Shown here: in pieces, positions 1-12,561 of the stretch | Layout of the letters: each line of letters begins with the position of its first letter | Position numbering within the stretch: the first letter of the stretch is position 1 | Origin: Reclinomonas americana ATCC 50394 | Lineage: Eukaryota | Direction of reading: 5' to 3' | Length of the DNA: 57,288 nucleotides | NCBI GenBank assembly: GCA_048213135.1 | Contig: PS015014.1 | Span: 1-57,288, forward strand | Made by a program: the position numbers and the translations under genes | The notes under the pieces: model-generated | Told to the model about the DNA's origin: nothing | Seen by the model: only the letters and a program-made list of their open reading frames with translations | Database searches by the model: none

Positions 1-370
1 GAAGAGAGAAGAGCGTCACCTCCACGTATGCAGCGAAGAAGAGGCACCTCGATGCAACAGACGCACGCTTTCACGGCTGTGGATGCACTGACCGGACTCG
101 GAGGCGAATCATCCTCGCCCACCAAGTCCGTCGACGATCCCACTCGCCCACCATCGTCGCTCTCATCGGTCAATCGGTGCGCCGCAATGCCCGCACTGGC
201 ACTTGCCGCTCCGTGTCGCAGAGCACGCGACACGGACTTGGCAATGCTCTGCGGATCGATCCTCAGCAATCACATCAATGCAATCATAAAACAAATAGCG
301 CTTGTCCTCACCGCCGTGGCAACTCCATCGTCGGAGGCCGCTGATGATGCCGACGAGGAGACAGCGGTGG
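1..370 (+). CDS. Fragment of an unknown protein-coding gene (runs into the 404-423 gap)
   Basis: Open frame ending at a GTGAGG donor-like site near 371; no recognisable family. Confidence 0.3.
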
Positions 371-706
371 TGAGGCCCACTCGCTCCTCCTTGTTGCTCT
401 GTGNNNNNNNNNNNNNNNNNNNNTGTGTGTGTGTGTGAGTACGACATGTGCAGCGGAAAGACACACAGCTTCGAGTGCACACAGGAAGCAGCCGCACAAC
501 CGCGCGTGCAGACACGAGGAGCGAGAGAAGGGGAGGGGAGGGGAGGAGAGAAAGACACGCACCATTGCACCAGACGGGTTACCAGCTTTCCGGACTGGAA
601 ATTCCGCGCGTCACCCTCTTGCATTGCCGTTGCGGACAAAACAAATCGCATCGTTGTTGGAGAAGGAACGGGTCGTGCCTGCGAAATCAACACAACAGCC
701 AGTTAC

Positions 707-3700
707 ATGGAGGACTCGTCCAGCGACAGCAGCGGTGCTGTTGCGATGGCAATGCAGGCGTCGTCCAGCGATTACGTGCCGAGCAGCAAGTCCCACCAGC
801 AGCGCTTGGTGGCGGCGGCGACTGCGGCGGCCGGTAAGGGCTGCGTGCCGGCCCGAACCGCCCTCGGTATGGTGTACGAGAAGGTGCAGCGGTACATCAC
901 CCGCCTGGTGCAGCTCTCCGTCACGCAGAAGGAGCTGGCGCACGCGGTGCCGCCACCGGCCCTCACTCGTGCGGTGAGCTCTCACAACGCGACAATGGGG
1001 TGTTTATTGTTGACCGGAAATCGAGAATCGCCTCATTCTGCTCTCTCTCTCTGTGTGCCACAGAACATGACGGCGGCTGAGGCACGCAACATGCGAGGAT
1101 CGCTCGAGTGGTACATGACGGCGCTGGCCGATGGCGGCGCGTTCGAGGAGCTGAGTCCGTCGTCGTATTCGGCTGCGACACTCTACATGGATCGGGCGAC
1201 GACCAAGGTGCTCGATCGCCTGGCGCAGCTGGGGGAAGTCGATGTGGAGCAGGTGCCGACGCGTGACGGGCGACGCATGACGCTGAGCGAGCTGAGCTCC
1301 GACGAAGCAGTGGCGGCGTTTGAGCGCAGAATCGATGGCCTGCTCGATCTCACGATGAAGAGCATGTGTGAGGTGGTGTGGGGCCTGAAGCGGCGATGCG
1401 CGGAGCTGGAGCGCGACATGTCCAGCATCATCGCCTCGGCCCTGCCGCAAGGCGAGCCGGCCACGATCGGACTCGAAAGGCGAGTGTCGATCGCCGACGA
1501 TCCGAACGGTCAGCGATTTGCGATATCGAAACTGCGGCAAGAGCTGATGGACAAGGACCGCGACATGGCCAAAATGACCAAGCGCATCTCGGAGCTCGAG
1601 TTCATGCTCAACTCGAAAAACACTGGCCTCAAGGCCGTGCGCACGTCGCTGTACAGCCAAGTGGTGCGTATTTTCGGTGCCCTGCAATCGGACATGTATC
1701 GATGCAATACTAATCTAGGCATGCAGGTCGGCCTCAAGGAGCAGTTGTACCAGGCGTGCGATCGACAGGTCGAGTTTGAGCCGGAGGTGTTTGACACATT
1801 CGACTGGATGGGTCTGGTCGAGAAGGTGACGACGCAAGTTGTCGAAGCGGCTGGTATCACCACCGGCTCCTCTGGCGCCCCGTCGGTCGCCTCCTCCGCC
1901 AGCGGTGTGAGACTGCCGGATCGAGAGGCTCTGCTGCAGAACATGCAGGCAATCAGCAACGTTGCCGAGCAGTTCTCGCGTGATCGTGCGGTCATGGCCG
2001 CCAATCACCGCAAGGAGATCGAGTCGCGTGACAGGTTTGTGGTTTTTGACAGGGCTTTTTCCTCTCGCCCTGTTTCTTTTTTGCTTTTGCAGCTGACCTG
2101 GAGCTCGTGTTCTTTTCGCAGCACGATTATCGAGCTGCAGGAGCAAATGGCAGCTCTGGAGAAGGAGCTGGACAGCGCTCGCGAGGCACTGCACAATGAC
2201 GGCCAGCTGTTGTTCCAGGAGTCGAACACGTTCCTCACCGATCGTGGCAGCTCGGTGTTTAGTCTGGTGCCCCCGCCACCGGTGCCAGCCACTGCGGCGC
2301 CGGTTTCCAGCGAGTCTGCGGTGAAGGAGCTCGAAAAGTTGCGCCGGTCTTGCACATGCACGAGGGAGTAACGACGCCAGAGATCTCACCTCCAAATCGA
2401 TGATGACAGGCAACTGAAGGACATGCGCATGCACTACGCCAAGGAACGCGATGCATGGAACAAGAAGGTCGTGTCGCTGGAGGCGAAGCTCTCCGGCTTC
2501 GACAAGGAGAAGCAGTCGGAGGTGCGACGTGCCCGCGAGACCGAGTACGCCAAGCGATTCGAGGTGCAGGTGGAGGCCGAGCGCACCAAACGCTCTCTCA
2601 CCGCCGAACTCGAGGCTCTGAAGAAAGAGAAGGCGCTGGAGGAGCAGCGCTTCAGGATCGAGCTGGAGTCGCTGCAAAAGCGCGTGGATGTCGATCGCCG
2701 TGCAGCGATGCTCAACTTCCGCTCCGAGTTCGACTCGCTGTTGGCCAATCACGACCGCGAGCGACAAGGTTTGTGCGCAAAGACGGATTGTTGTCGCTAG
2801 CGTACAATAGCTGACGATGGCAATTCTCATACCTCAGAGATTGAGTCCAAGCAAGAGGCGGTGATTGCTGAGCTGCGACAGACGATCTCCACCATGCAGT
2901 CATCGGTGCGGTGTTCTCTCTCTCGTCTCTTCATGGAAGTTGTAGTCTGACCCTTGGTTTCCCGCAATAGGACGCACAATCCATGTTGCTCGGTGTCGCC
3001 GAGTCGCTGGCGGAGGGCGCCGACAATCCCAGCTCGCCCGCTGATCCGCTCAAGTCGGGCGCCGATTCCAGCGCGCCATCGCGAGGCAGGAGAAGTGTGC
3101 CTGCCGTACGCATGAGCCAAGGCTCCATTTTCTCCACTGCACCACCGAGCCAGCGCACCAGCCGCTCACACTCGCGCACGAATTCAATCGACTCGACTGC
3201 CACCACGGAACGACAGCCGTTGCGTCTGCCTCCGATCGCCGCCCGCCTCACGCTCATCAAGTTCCCCGTCGCTCATTTATCCGATCCACTTTTCCCCCAC
3301 AGAATGGCGGCAGCGTGGTTGGAGTACCGCCTCACTCATCTGGTGGAAAAGTACAACACACTCCGACGAGAGCACGAGGAGCTCCGTTTGGGTGTGCGAC
3401 AGTTTGTCGACGATTTCGAACAGCGTGTGGCTGCGGCGACCGCAGCACAGCAGCTGAAGGACGAATCAGAGGCTGCAGCGGAGGCGGCGCAAAAGTCACG
3501 CAACAAGAGCACGGTTCCGCGCGAGACAAAGGAGCCGACGTTGGATATGAACGACGTGTTCCCCGATGGTGCTGCCTCGGTGGAACCGTTGTTGTCGGTG
3601 CTCAGCGCACTACGAGCGCGTGTGCTGGCGTACACGTGCGTGGGTGAGCGGTACCCGGAGGAGCCGCCAGCCACGCTGGCCGCACCCGAGCTCCCCGCAC

Positions 3701-5008
3701 CTCCTGGACCGCCGGCCGGTCACGGACGACGAAGCGGCCGTCGTGGAACGAATGTCTCACTGATGTTGGTGGAGGACAAGGTCTGCGTCGCACTTGTGCA
3801 CCTTGCGCTTCTCGATCGCCACAGGACTTACCTTCCAGCTACAACAGGATTCACCAGTGGAGAGCCCACAAGAGAGTCCAGTCAACGCAGTGTCAGAACC
3901 CACGGCTCCCAAGTCCAAGTTGAGTCCGCACATTACTGAATTCCCGAATTCTCTCCAACTCACTCGCTTACTCTTGTACTCCCCCTCCAGGCCTGAAGAT
4001 GAGGACAAGGCGCCTCGCAAACCGCGTGTGGGACCCGATGGCGTGCCGGCGTATGCCGTCATGACACGCAGCACCAAGGTTCGCACTGCTACCCGTGCAT
4101 GTAACTGGCAGTGTGATTTATATGCTCACGAGCTTGCGTGCTTGTCAATCAGTTGCGCACGGGTGCCGAGCAGCCACCACCCAACACCAACACCAACATG
4201 TTCCGACTCGACACCACTGGAGCACCGGTGGCCCGACTGGCGAGCATTGACTCGCCGCTCACCGACGACGAATCGCAGCCTCTGTCGCGCAAGGCATCCG
4301 GTTCCAACGGACAGTCGTTGTGGCGCACTGGTTCGGATCGCGAGAGTGTGTCGGCCTTTGGTGTGGCGCAGGCCACAGTGGCGACGGCGGTGGCAGCCTC
4401 CACCTTTGCCAGTGCTGTCAATGCCAGACGGCTCCAGTCGGCCACTCCGTCGCAGAGCTCTTCCACGACTCCCACGACAACGGCGTCGACGACGACGACA
4501 ACGACCACAACTGTGCAGCGCAGTGTCTCGGAACCAACATCGCCGCGCTCGACACTTGTGTCGGCCATTGCAGAGATCCCCAAGTGAGTCTCATGTTATC
4601 CTTGCCTGCTATGACGACGATCATTTGACGCTCACCGTGCACGTGTGTGGTCTCGGCAGTGCGCTCATGTCTGCGATCAATGCCTCCACGCGAGCGGTGC
4701 TGTTTGGACGTGGACGCAGTGGGTCATCGTCCACTGGCTCAACTCCCGTGCCGACTGCCACGATAGCGTCGGCCGCCTCACCGACCGTGACCAGCACGAG
4801 CGACATTGTCGCCGCCGGTATGCGGGCACGTGGCTCCTCGTTCGGCAACGGCAGTGTTCTGCCTCTTGTGGGCGGTGAAAGTATCGGCACACTGCGACGG
4901 ACAAGCAACGAGCAACAGCAACTGGCCGTTGTGACGATGGAGGAAGCCCCACGGCCGGCAGGGCTGCCTGCCGCCCGTTCTCGACCGACGTCGGGAACCA
5001 GAAAATAA
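707..5008 (+). CDS. Multi-exon coiled-coil protein with Ser/Thr-rich C-terminus, unknown function
   Basis: Exons join across GT-AG introns (e.g. SQV|VGLKEQLY; KSK|PEDEDK); heptad-rich segments such as KLRQELMDKDRDMAKMTKRISELE; TAA at 5006-5008. Confidence 0.65.
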
Positions 5009-5165
5009 CTTGTGCTTTTTCTTTCTTTTTCTCTGTCTCGTTTTCCCTGTATGTGCTGTTAATGCTGCAGTGAGGTAGCGCTATAGTGGCAGGTGGTGCC
5101 CGTAAAGTTTTGCTTGGGTTTTCTTGAAAAAAAGTCCGCTGCGTCCTCATCTCTTCCTGTACTGC

Positions 5166-8156
5166 ATGGCAGCAGCCACGGTTGAGTTGTCTCACTCACA
5201 TCGCACGCCCGTTCCAGAGTGCCTCACCTGAACTCTGTGATGTGTGCAGGATGTGGAGCTGCGTGATCTGCGGCTCGCCGAGTCGAGTCGCAGTGCCGAC
5301 ACTGATGACACCGACGAAGTGGTGTCGCCGAGTGCAGCCGAGGACGAGCTGCTTCCACGTCGCACCGGGGACGAAGTGGAGAGAATAGAACACGCAAGTG
5401 GCGGTGGCGATCGCAATGCGTCGTCGTCCAAGGAGTTGTGTTCAGATGTGTGTGTGTGTGCATTGTGTGGCAGGTGTTGATCGTATGTGGTGATGCAGAC
5501 AAGCACAGCAGGCAGAGGCATCGCAGCGCTTCTCGTCCAAGTGGGCGCTCTTCTTCTCGGTGTTGGGAGTGCGTACACTGTCGATCTGTTTTGTCATGCA
5601 TCTGTCTGTGTGTCGCGCTGACTCAACTGGTGCGATGCAGAGTGCTGTGGGGTGAGAGGCCCGCATGCAGCTTGTTTCCGATCACTCTGTCGCTCTCTCA
5701 CTCGCTCACTGTGCTTTCTTGTTTCGTCCAGCACCGGGAACTTGTGGAGGTGCGATTGTCTGTTGTGCACTCTGTTGTTCGAGCCCTGCCTGACTCGATC
5801 TGCTTTGCAGATTTCCGCGCATCGTCGCCGCCAATGGAGGCAACGGCGCGCTCTTCTGGCTCATCATCTGGAACGTCTTTCTCTTCCTCTGGGCCATTCC
5901 GTTGGTGCGGGCACACGCTTGTGACGAGACCACACTTCACACTGAAGACTCATTCTCTTGTTCTGCGCCGCAGATTCTTGTCGAATATGGTGCAGGCAGA
6001 CAGTTGCGTGCCCATCGATGCAGTGATGTCGTGTGTGTTGAGCATGACCTGATTCTTCCACACGAACTCCACAGAGCACGGAAAGGAGCAGTTCGTTGCA
6101 GGGGAATGGTGGCGTTGTGCACCGTCACGCTCAATGCTCATGTCGCGTGTCACAGGTGGGCGTGTTTTCGCACTTTGTCGGCGATCGATATCGGTGGATG
6201 GGCTGGTACATTGTTCTCACCAATGTGGTGATTATGGTTCGCCGAGTTTTCTCTCTCCTCCCTCGTCGCTGGGCGATTTACCTTCATTTTTCTGGCGTAG
6301 GCCTACTACGGCACACTTACAGGTTGCTTGATGTTACCCCTGGACGTCATCTGCGGTCGCCACTCACTGTTGCACGTGCCGCAGGATGGTGCATCTACTA
6401 CTCGGCCGTGTACATTTTCGTGCCGTTGCCCGAGTCGATCGACGATGCCTCCGTACAGTTCAGCAACTTTCTCGACTCACCATGGCCCGTCGTCCTCAAT
6501 CTGGTCGTGCTGCTCCTGGGTCTGCTGTGCTGCTGGAAGGGAGTCAAAACCATTGAGCTGGTACTCGCGCATCGACGTCGTTTCATGCACAGGAGGGAAT
6601 CGATCTCACTGCGCTGCATCGTCGCAGGTCAATCTGGTGCTCGTACCTGTGCTGCTGCTCATCATGGTGGGCCTCACCCTCCGCACTATCTTCATGAGTG
6701 TCGACGGCATTGCGTATCTGTTCTCGCCCGATCCAAGTTGCGTCGTGCTTTGCCACGGCACGTGAATGTTGTTGTGGCGCGCGCACCGACGAGCTGTGTG
6801 GGCGTGCAGGTGTGCTGATCGATCCCAGAGCGTATTTAGAGGCGCTGGCACAAATGACGTTTGACACGTCGGCTGGAACAGTGAGTTGCAAGCGCAAGCG
6901 CATATGCCAACTCGTTTTCTCACCTCGCACATCCACGACCGTCGCGTAGGGTGTGCTCATGACCTACGCCACGTATTTCAACGAGCAGGACTCGGTCAGC
7001 GGGTGCGTTCTGCTGTTGCTGCCACAATGCCGGAAGAAATCACAGTCACTCATTCACTAACTAGGCTTTCGTGGTTGACACCAATCGGTAATAATGTGGT
7101 GTCGCTGCTGGCGGCACTGACCATGTTCTCTGCTGGCTTCGCCGTACTCGGTCAGAATGGGCTGGACCGCGCCGCGGTGATTGCCCAGATGAAGGAGAGT
7201 GGTGTGGCCGGCACCGGCCTCGTCTTTCACTTTGTGCCGCAGCTCTTCTCGCAGATGCCCTTTGGCCGCCCTATTGGTGCGCGCATGTGTGTGTGTGCGT
7301 CGCTACTAGATTGCGCACTGACCTGCATTTCTTGTGGTAGCCGTCGTGTTCTTTGTGGCACTGAGCTTCGCAGCCTTTAGTTCGTACATTGCCGGTATCA
7401 TTGTGCCGCTCAAGGTCGGCTTCGATATGGGTGTGTCGCGCGGTCGAGTGGTCTTGATTGTCGGTGCCATTCTGCTGGTCTTTTCGCTGCCGAGCTCGTT
7501 CAGTGTCTCGTTCCTGGCCAATCAGGTGCGCTTACTTGCAATGGGGCCAAGGAACGCAGCTGACGCTGACCATCCTCCTCTAGGACAACACATGGGGCGT
7601 TGGTGAGATCCTGTGTGGCATCTTTGTGGCCTGGTTGGCAGTCGGCGGACCGGGTGGCGTGCGCCAGTTCCGCGAGACTGTGATCAATGTGGCAGCGTCG
7701 GATCGCGTCGGTCGCTGGTTCGATTTCATCATTCGCTTTGTGGTGCCGATCGAGACCGTCATTCTGTTTCTCGCGTACACCATTCAGGTGCGCTGCGCAC
7801 CGCACCACGCTTCCTTGTGACAGTATGCTGTTATTTTTCACACTCGCCACCACAGATGGCACTGGAAGACAACTGGTGGGATCCGTGGGCTGTCGAGTCG
7901 CTGGCCACCTGCTTGATCCAGTGGATCATTGGTGAGTCTCACTTAACCTCCCGCGATCGCCCGTGTGTGTCACTCAAGAAGCGATGCATGACGGGCAGGA
8001 TTCGGTGTGTGCTTTGTAGCACAGTGGATGTACTCGCGCAAACATCCGACGAGAGCCGCCGCTCGGCACGATGCGGTGGGCAGTCTGTCGTATGAGCGCG
8101 GGACGGAGCTGCAAGACAGGAGACACGACGAAGAGGGCGATGCCAACATAACATGA
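5166..8156 (+). CDS. Sodium:neurotransmitter symporter (NSS/SLC6, LeuT fold) family transporter
   Basis: Spliced TM1-2 signature RFSSKWALFFSVLGSAVGTGNLWRFPRIVAANGG...WAIPLILVEYGAGR; EALAQMTFDTSAGTGVLMTYATY; GTGLVFHFVPQLFSQMP; FFVALSFAAFSS. Confidence 0.92.
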
Positions 8157-8246
8157 CGGGATTCACATAACATAAAAAGCGAATCCCCGCACCCTTTTTC
8201 CCCTTTTCTCTCCACTTACTCTCGCAAAACAACCACAAAAAAACAA

Positions 8247-9432
8247 TCACCGCCTGCTGCCGTGCGAAATCTGATACCGCTGCAGCAGTGCCTCCGCCAT
8301 CTCACGGTGGTCAAACGCAAAGTCCACTGAGTCGAGTCCTTCCCGAGTCAGCGGAATCCAGCGGTAACCCATGGCCTACACACGCATGTGAGCATGTGGG
8401 AACTGGCCTTGAGAGGGAAAAATGGGACATCGGACGCAACATCGTCGCCGGGGCACAACGACGCAAAGCTCCTGACCTCCACGTGGTAGCAAATGGAGAC
8501 CTGCGCAGCGCACCGTGAGAAAAACAATACAAGCAGTACACGCTGGCGGACAGACGCACCACATGCTTCCTCTTGTCGCGTGACGGGTGCCCGAAAACAC
8601 CGACCACAGTCGGATTGCTGCCGACCAAATTCGTCTCCTCGTGCAACTCGCGCAGAACCGCATGCACCGGATCCTCGCCGTACTCCACATACCCGCCTGC
8701 GGCAAGGGCGACAAATTTATAAGTCCCAGAGAATCAAAAGAGTTAGCTCCTGACTAAAAAGCACAAACACACCGGGCAATGCGAGGACTCCGCGGAATGG
8801 ATCACGTCCACGAACTATCAACAGCAACTGCGGCTCGCACGACTCGTCGTCGCCGGTACGCACCACTCCCGCATCGACCTGCACACACAAACACCGGTGT
8901 CAGTCTGTGTGAGCCTTCTTTTCTCGCATTTCGCGGCGATGAGAAGTTTTCACGAAACTGTCAGTGCGGGGTTCCGGAACACGGGCTCATGTGGCGGCAG
9001 TGGCGGGTACTCGTGACGTGGTGGCAGCACGAGCACAGTCTGTGCTGGTGTCGCCACTGGTGCAGTAGCAGCAGCAGCAGTGGCGGTTGAGGTACCATCG
9101 TCAGCAGTGGCGGCGGGAACGGCCACTGGTGCAGTGGAGTCGCCTGGCGATGACGATGTGGTGCGCACTGATGATGACGATCGATCATCCTCATCGTCAT
9201 CGTCAGTGTCATCAGTGTCATCGACGACATCGTGCACGCGCAAGTCATCGTCGGCAAACGCAGCGCGCTTGCTGTGCTGCAGCATCATCGCCGAAAATGG
9301 CATCAGTGGTGGCGGCGGCGGGGGTGTCGCGGGGGCTGCAGTTGCGATTGTCGCGGGCTGGCTGCTGGGGCCAGTAGTGGAGAGGGCCAGTGACGGGGGG
9401 AGGACAACAACAAAGTCCGCGTCGCTCACCAT
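8247..9432 (-). CDS. Nudix hydrolase (ADP-ribose pyrophosphatase-like) with acidic/low-complexity N-terminal extension
   Basis: Spliced FRNPALTVDAGVV...GRDPFRGVLALPGGYVEYGEDPVHAVLRELHEETNL (Nudix box), RDKRKHVVSICY, GDDAMGYRWIPL...FAFDH; 5 exons. Confidence 0.92.
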
Positions 9433-9525
9433 CGCACACGAAACGCAGAATGAAGGATGACAGAAGGTCGCGACTCGCGGTGATCGGAGTCCGACGATTG
9501 TCTTTGTTGTTGTGTGTGTGTCGCG

Positions 9526-10529
9526 ATGCGGCTTGAGAAGTGCTACTTTTGCGGGTCCACCGTGTACCCGGGTCACGGCATGACCTTTGTGCGCAACGAC
9601 TGCAAGGTGTGTGTGAGCGCGCGGCGAGAATGGCACAGACGCAGACAGACAGACACTGTTGATGGAGATCGTGTGCATGCGCGTGCGTGATACGCATGCA
9701 CCTGCACCGAGTTGAAGATGGCGGTGGTGGGAGGGCAGGATGGCAGGCAGCGAGTGTGTGGGCGTGCGTGTGTTGTGTGTACATGTGCACATTCACATCA
9801 CCCGCCAACTCACGCACACACACTTATTTGTGGAGGAGACTCGCTTGTGCTCGCTGCTGCTGTTGGTGGGAGGTCCCTTATACATATGCCTGGCGCACAG
9901 ATTTTCCACTTTTGCCGGTCCAAGTGCCACAAGAACTTCAAGATGAAGCGCAATCCACGCAAGCTGCGCTGGACCAAGGTGTTCCGCAAGGCCGCTGGCA
10001 AGGAGTTGGCTCTTGTTGCGTCCCGCTCTCACTCTCTCGTTCCTTGTGTTCTTCAAGGGCCGCCATCTTATGCGCGCGCGTGTGTGTGTATCAGGACACG
10101 ACTTTCGAGTTTGAGAAGCGGCGACACAGACCGGTCAAGTACAGCCGACAGCTGGTGAGCGACACGATCAAGGCGATGAAGCGTATCCAGGAGATCAGAA
10201 CACGACGCGAGCGCGCCTTTATGGAGAAGCGCTTCCGCGCGGCCGAGAAGCAGCAAAAGCGACAGACGCTGCAGGATATCGCCAAGCACGTCAACCTCAT
10301 CCCCTCGCGCACACTGCGCGAGCGTGCCCGCATGCGCGTGCGCGCGCTTCTGGCCAAGCGCACAGACGCGGAGATGGCCGAGGGCGGTGCGGGCGGTGCG
10401 TCGGGAAGCGGAGCCGAAGGCGACGCTGCGGCGTTCATGGACTTTGAGAGCGACGGCGACGACGATGATGATGAGGATGAGGAGGGTGAGGATGAGGACG
10501 ATGGTGTGGAAATGGTAGAGGTTGAATGA
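9526..10529 (+). CDS. RLP24: Ribosome biogenesis protein RLP24 (RSL24D1)
   Basis: [53 protein letters not shown]...[16 protein letters not shown]; introns 9607-9900 and 10015-10094; acidic tail. Confidence 0.96.
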
Positions 10530-10611
10530 AAGCCTCTGCGATGTTGTTGTCACCGCGCGAAGATCCAAGGAATTTTCTCACGTTTTGCGAAAAAAAACTT
10601 GTGTGCGCGCA

Positions 10612-11658
10612 ATGACTTCTCACCCTCCCAACAAAGTCGTCGGCTTTGTCACGTACGTGGTCGGCCCGTGGCATCTGTGGCTCCCGGTGGTGCTCCTTGG
10701 CGCCGTACTGCACGTGTGGTCGGCGGCCACCGTGGATGATCCACTCGCGATCACCACCTTTGTCGCCTTCATGGCACTCTATCTCTCCATGTACCTGTGG
10801 ATCCTGGCCGAGAACAGGTGTGTGTGCGCATGTGTGTGCATGGGACGGANNNNNNNNNNNNNNNNNNNNAAAACACGAACCGGTCAATCATGCTGATCAG
10901 CACAAACGAAAACGAGACAAGAGAGCCACAGTAGACCGCGGCCGCACGCTGCATCGAGGCATCGTCACGATATGATCACAAAGCACACTGGCTCTTTTCC
11001 ATGGATTACGCACCAGCACATCGGGGAGCGTCGAACACTGCCCGCCGGCACCCATCAGATCGAAAAAGGATGCTCGGAATCCCGACACCGCCAGTGCCGA
11101 CCACGAACCGGTGGCCTCCACCGGCACCTCCTCCCTGTTCAACAGCGCCACAGCCAGTGGCCATGCAAGCATGCGTGCCAGCAGACCGCTGGCGATGAAC
11201 GGAACCACGTTGAATGGCAGCCACTCATCGCGCCTGCGAAAAGATGCATGAGGATTCCGCACCGATGCCATTCGCCTCTCTCTCTCTCTCNNNNNNNNNN
11301 NNNNNNNNNNTGCGAGAGGGAGAGAAAGAGAGACGCAGAGAGTTGGGAGGCGGCGCATATGTTCACTCCGAATTCCTCCGTGTTTCCCATTGCCGCCGCC
11401 GTATCTCTCTCCTTTTGCCTATCTCTCTCTGCTCCTCGCCGTCACGTGTCCATTTCCGGTGTATTTCCTGCTTGCATTGCGTGCGTGTCGTCCACGTGTC
11501 AGATTGTTGACGCTGATCTCCTTGCGGCCACAGGTGTAACAGCAGGCGACTCTGCCGCGGATCAAGGAGACGATGACTCGTTGCCGGGTGATTGGGAGAT
11601 GGTGGAGGTGCCGAGCGATGCCAGCATGATGCTGGAGAAGACGCAGAAGCACTGGTGA
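10612..11658 (+). CDS. Small multi-pass membrane protein, unknown function; middle exon lies on an inverted contig
   Basis: Exon 1 (MTSHPP...WILAENR, phase 2) joins the reverse-complemented exon 11233-11014 (RDEWLPF...PDVL, phase 2 in, phase 0 out), then the exon from 11503 (IVDADL...QKHW stop). Confidence 0.6.
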
Positions 11659-11966
11659 TCTGTCTTGTGTTGTTGTTGGCTGTGTTGTTTGATTGTGTGT
11701 GTGTCTGTTTGGCTGTTCTGGGAGGCGCGTGTCTGGGCTTTGCCGCCGCTGCTACCGCTGCCTCCGCTTCTGTGCAAAATTTGTGTTGATAACTTTGTTG
11801 GTGTGTGTCGCTGCGGTGTGAGAGTTGTGCCCTTTTGTGTGCATTTCGTTTTTGGTGTGGGCCCCCCGCCGCAGTCGCCTTACTTGTATGTGTGCTTCTA
11901 TGTGTCATATGTTCTTTATTCTTGCCACCCCCCCTACCCCTCTCTCTTCCGTCTCTTTCTGTTCCC

Positions 11967-12076
11967 TCAGCTGCTGCCGGTGCATGCCACTTGCACGGCA
12001 AGCACACCACACGCCATGGCCACCACAGTGTGCAACAATGCAAGGGCCACGAATGAGAGTTTGCGAATGTCCGTGC
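11967..12076 (-). CDS. Probable last exon of a membrane protein whose 5' part is hidden in the 12136-12155 gap
   Basis: Pyrimidine tract plus CAG, then TDIRKLSFVALALLHTVVAMACGVLAVQVACTGSS stop. Confidence 0.3.
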
Positions 12077-12189
12077 TGGTCATGTGAGGGGGGGGGGGGG
12101 GAAGTGAGGGGGATGAAGAAGGAGGAAGGCGAGAGNNNNNNNNNNNNNNNNNNNNTGTATGTGCGTTGTGATCTCGCTGTTTTCCGTAG

Positions 12190-12561
12190 CAAACTGACAT
12201 CGTGCCGCCGCTGCAGTGCCAGCAAATTCTGGAAAAATACGAGGACAAGTTGCTGAAGGTGCTGAAGAAGTGGACCGACACCCAGTTCATGCATCGCTTC
12301 TGTGTGGAGGTCACCGGTCTGTGCCCCGACCGGCAGATTCTGGAAATGACGCCAGAGGAGGAGGCTCCAGCTGCCGCCGCTCCTGCTGCTGCTCCAGCGG
12401 TCGACAGCAATCAAGAACAGCAGCAGCCGCCAGAAGAGCAGCAACCACCGGCGGCTGTGGAGGCATCGGCATCAGAGACTGCTGGAGAGGAGCCAACACC
12501 TTCCGAGCAGCCAGCCTCTGAGAACAACGGCAGCAGCAGCAGCACACACGAGGAGTTGTGA
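12190..12561 (+). CDS. Last exon of a saposin-like/Canopy-like ER luminal protein
   Basis: CQQILEKYEDKLLKVL...FCVEVTGLCP saposin-type Cys spacing and C-terminal HEEL ER-retention signal; 5' exons not visible (gap). Confidence 0.6.
   Translation, partial: QTDIVPPLQCQQILEKYEDKLLKVLKKWTDTQFMHRFCVEVTGLCPDRQILEMTPEEEAPAAAAPAAAPAVDSNQEQQQPPEEQQPPAAVEASASETAGEEPTPSEQPASENNGSSSSTHEEL

Noticed and set aside
11971-12090. Plus-strand Cys-rich peptide exon
   Set aside because: The upstream gene appears to stop at 11658, and the minus-strand hydrophobic last exon is a simpler reading; Cys richness follows from TG-rich DNA.
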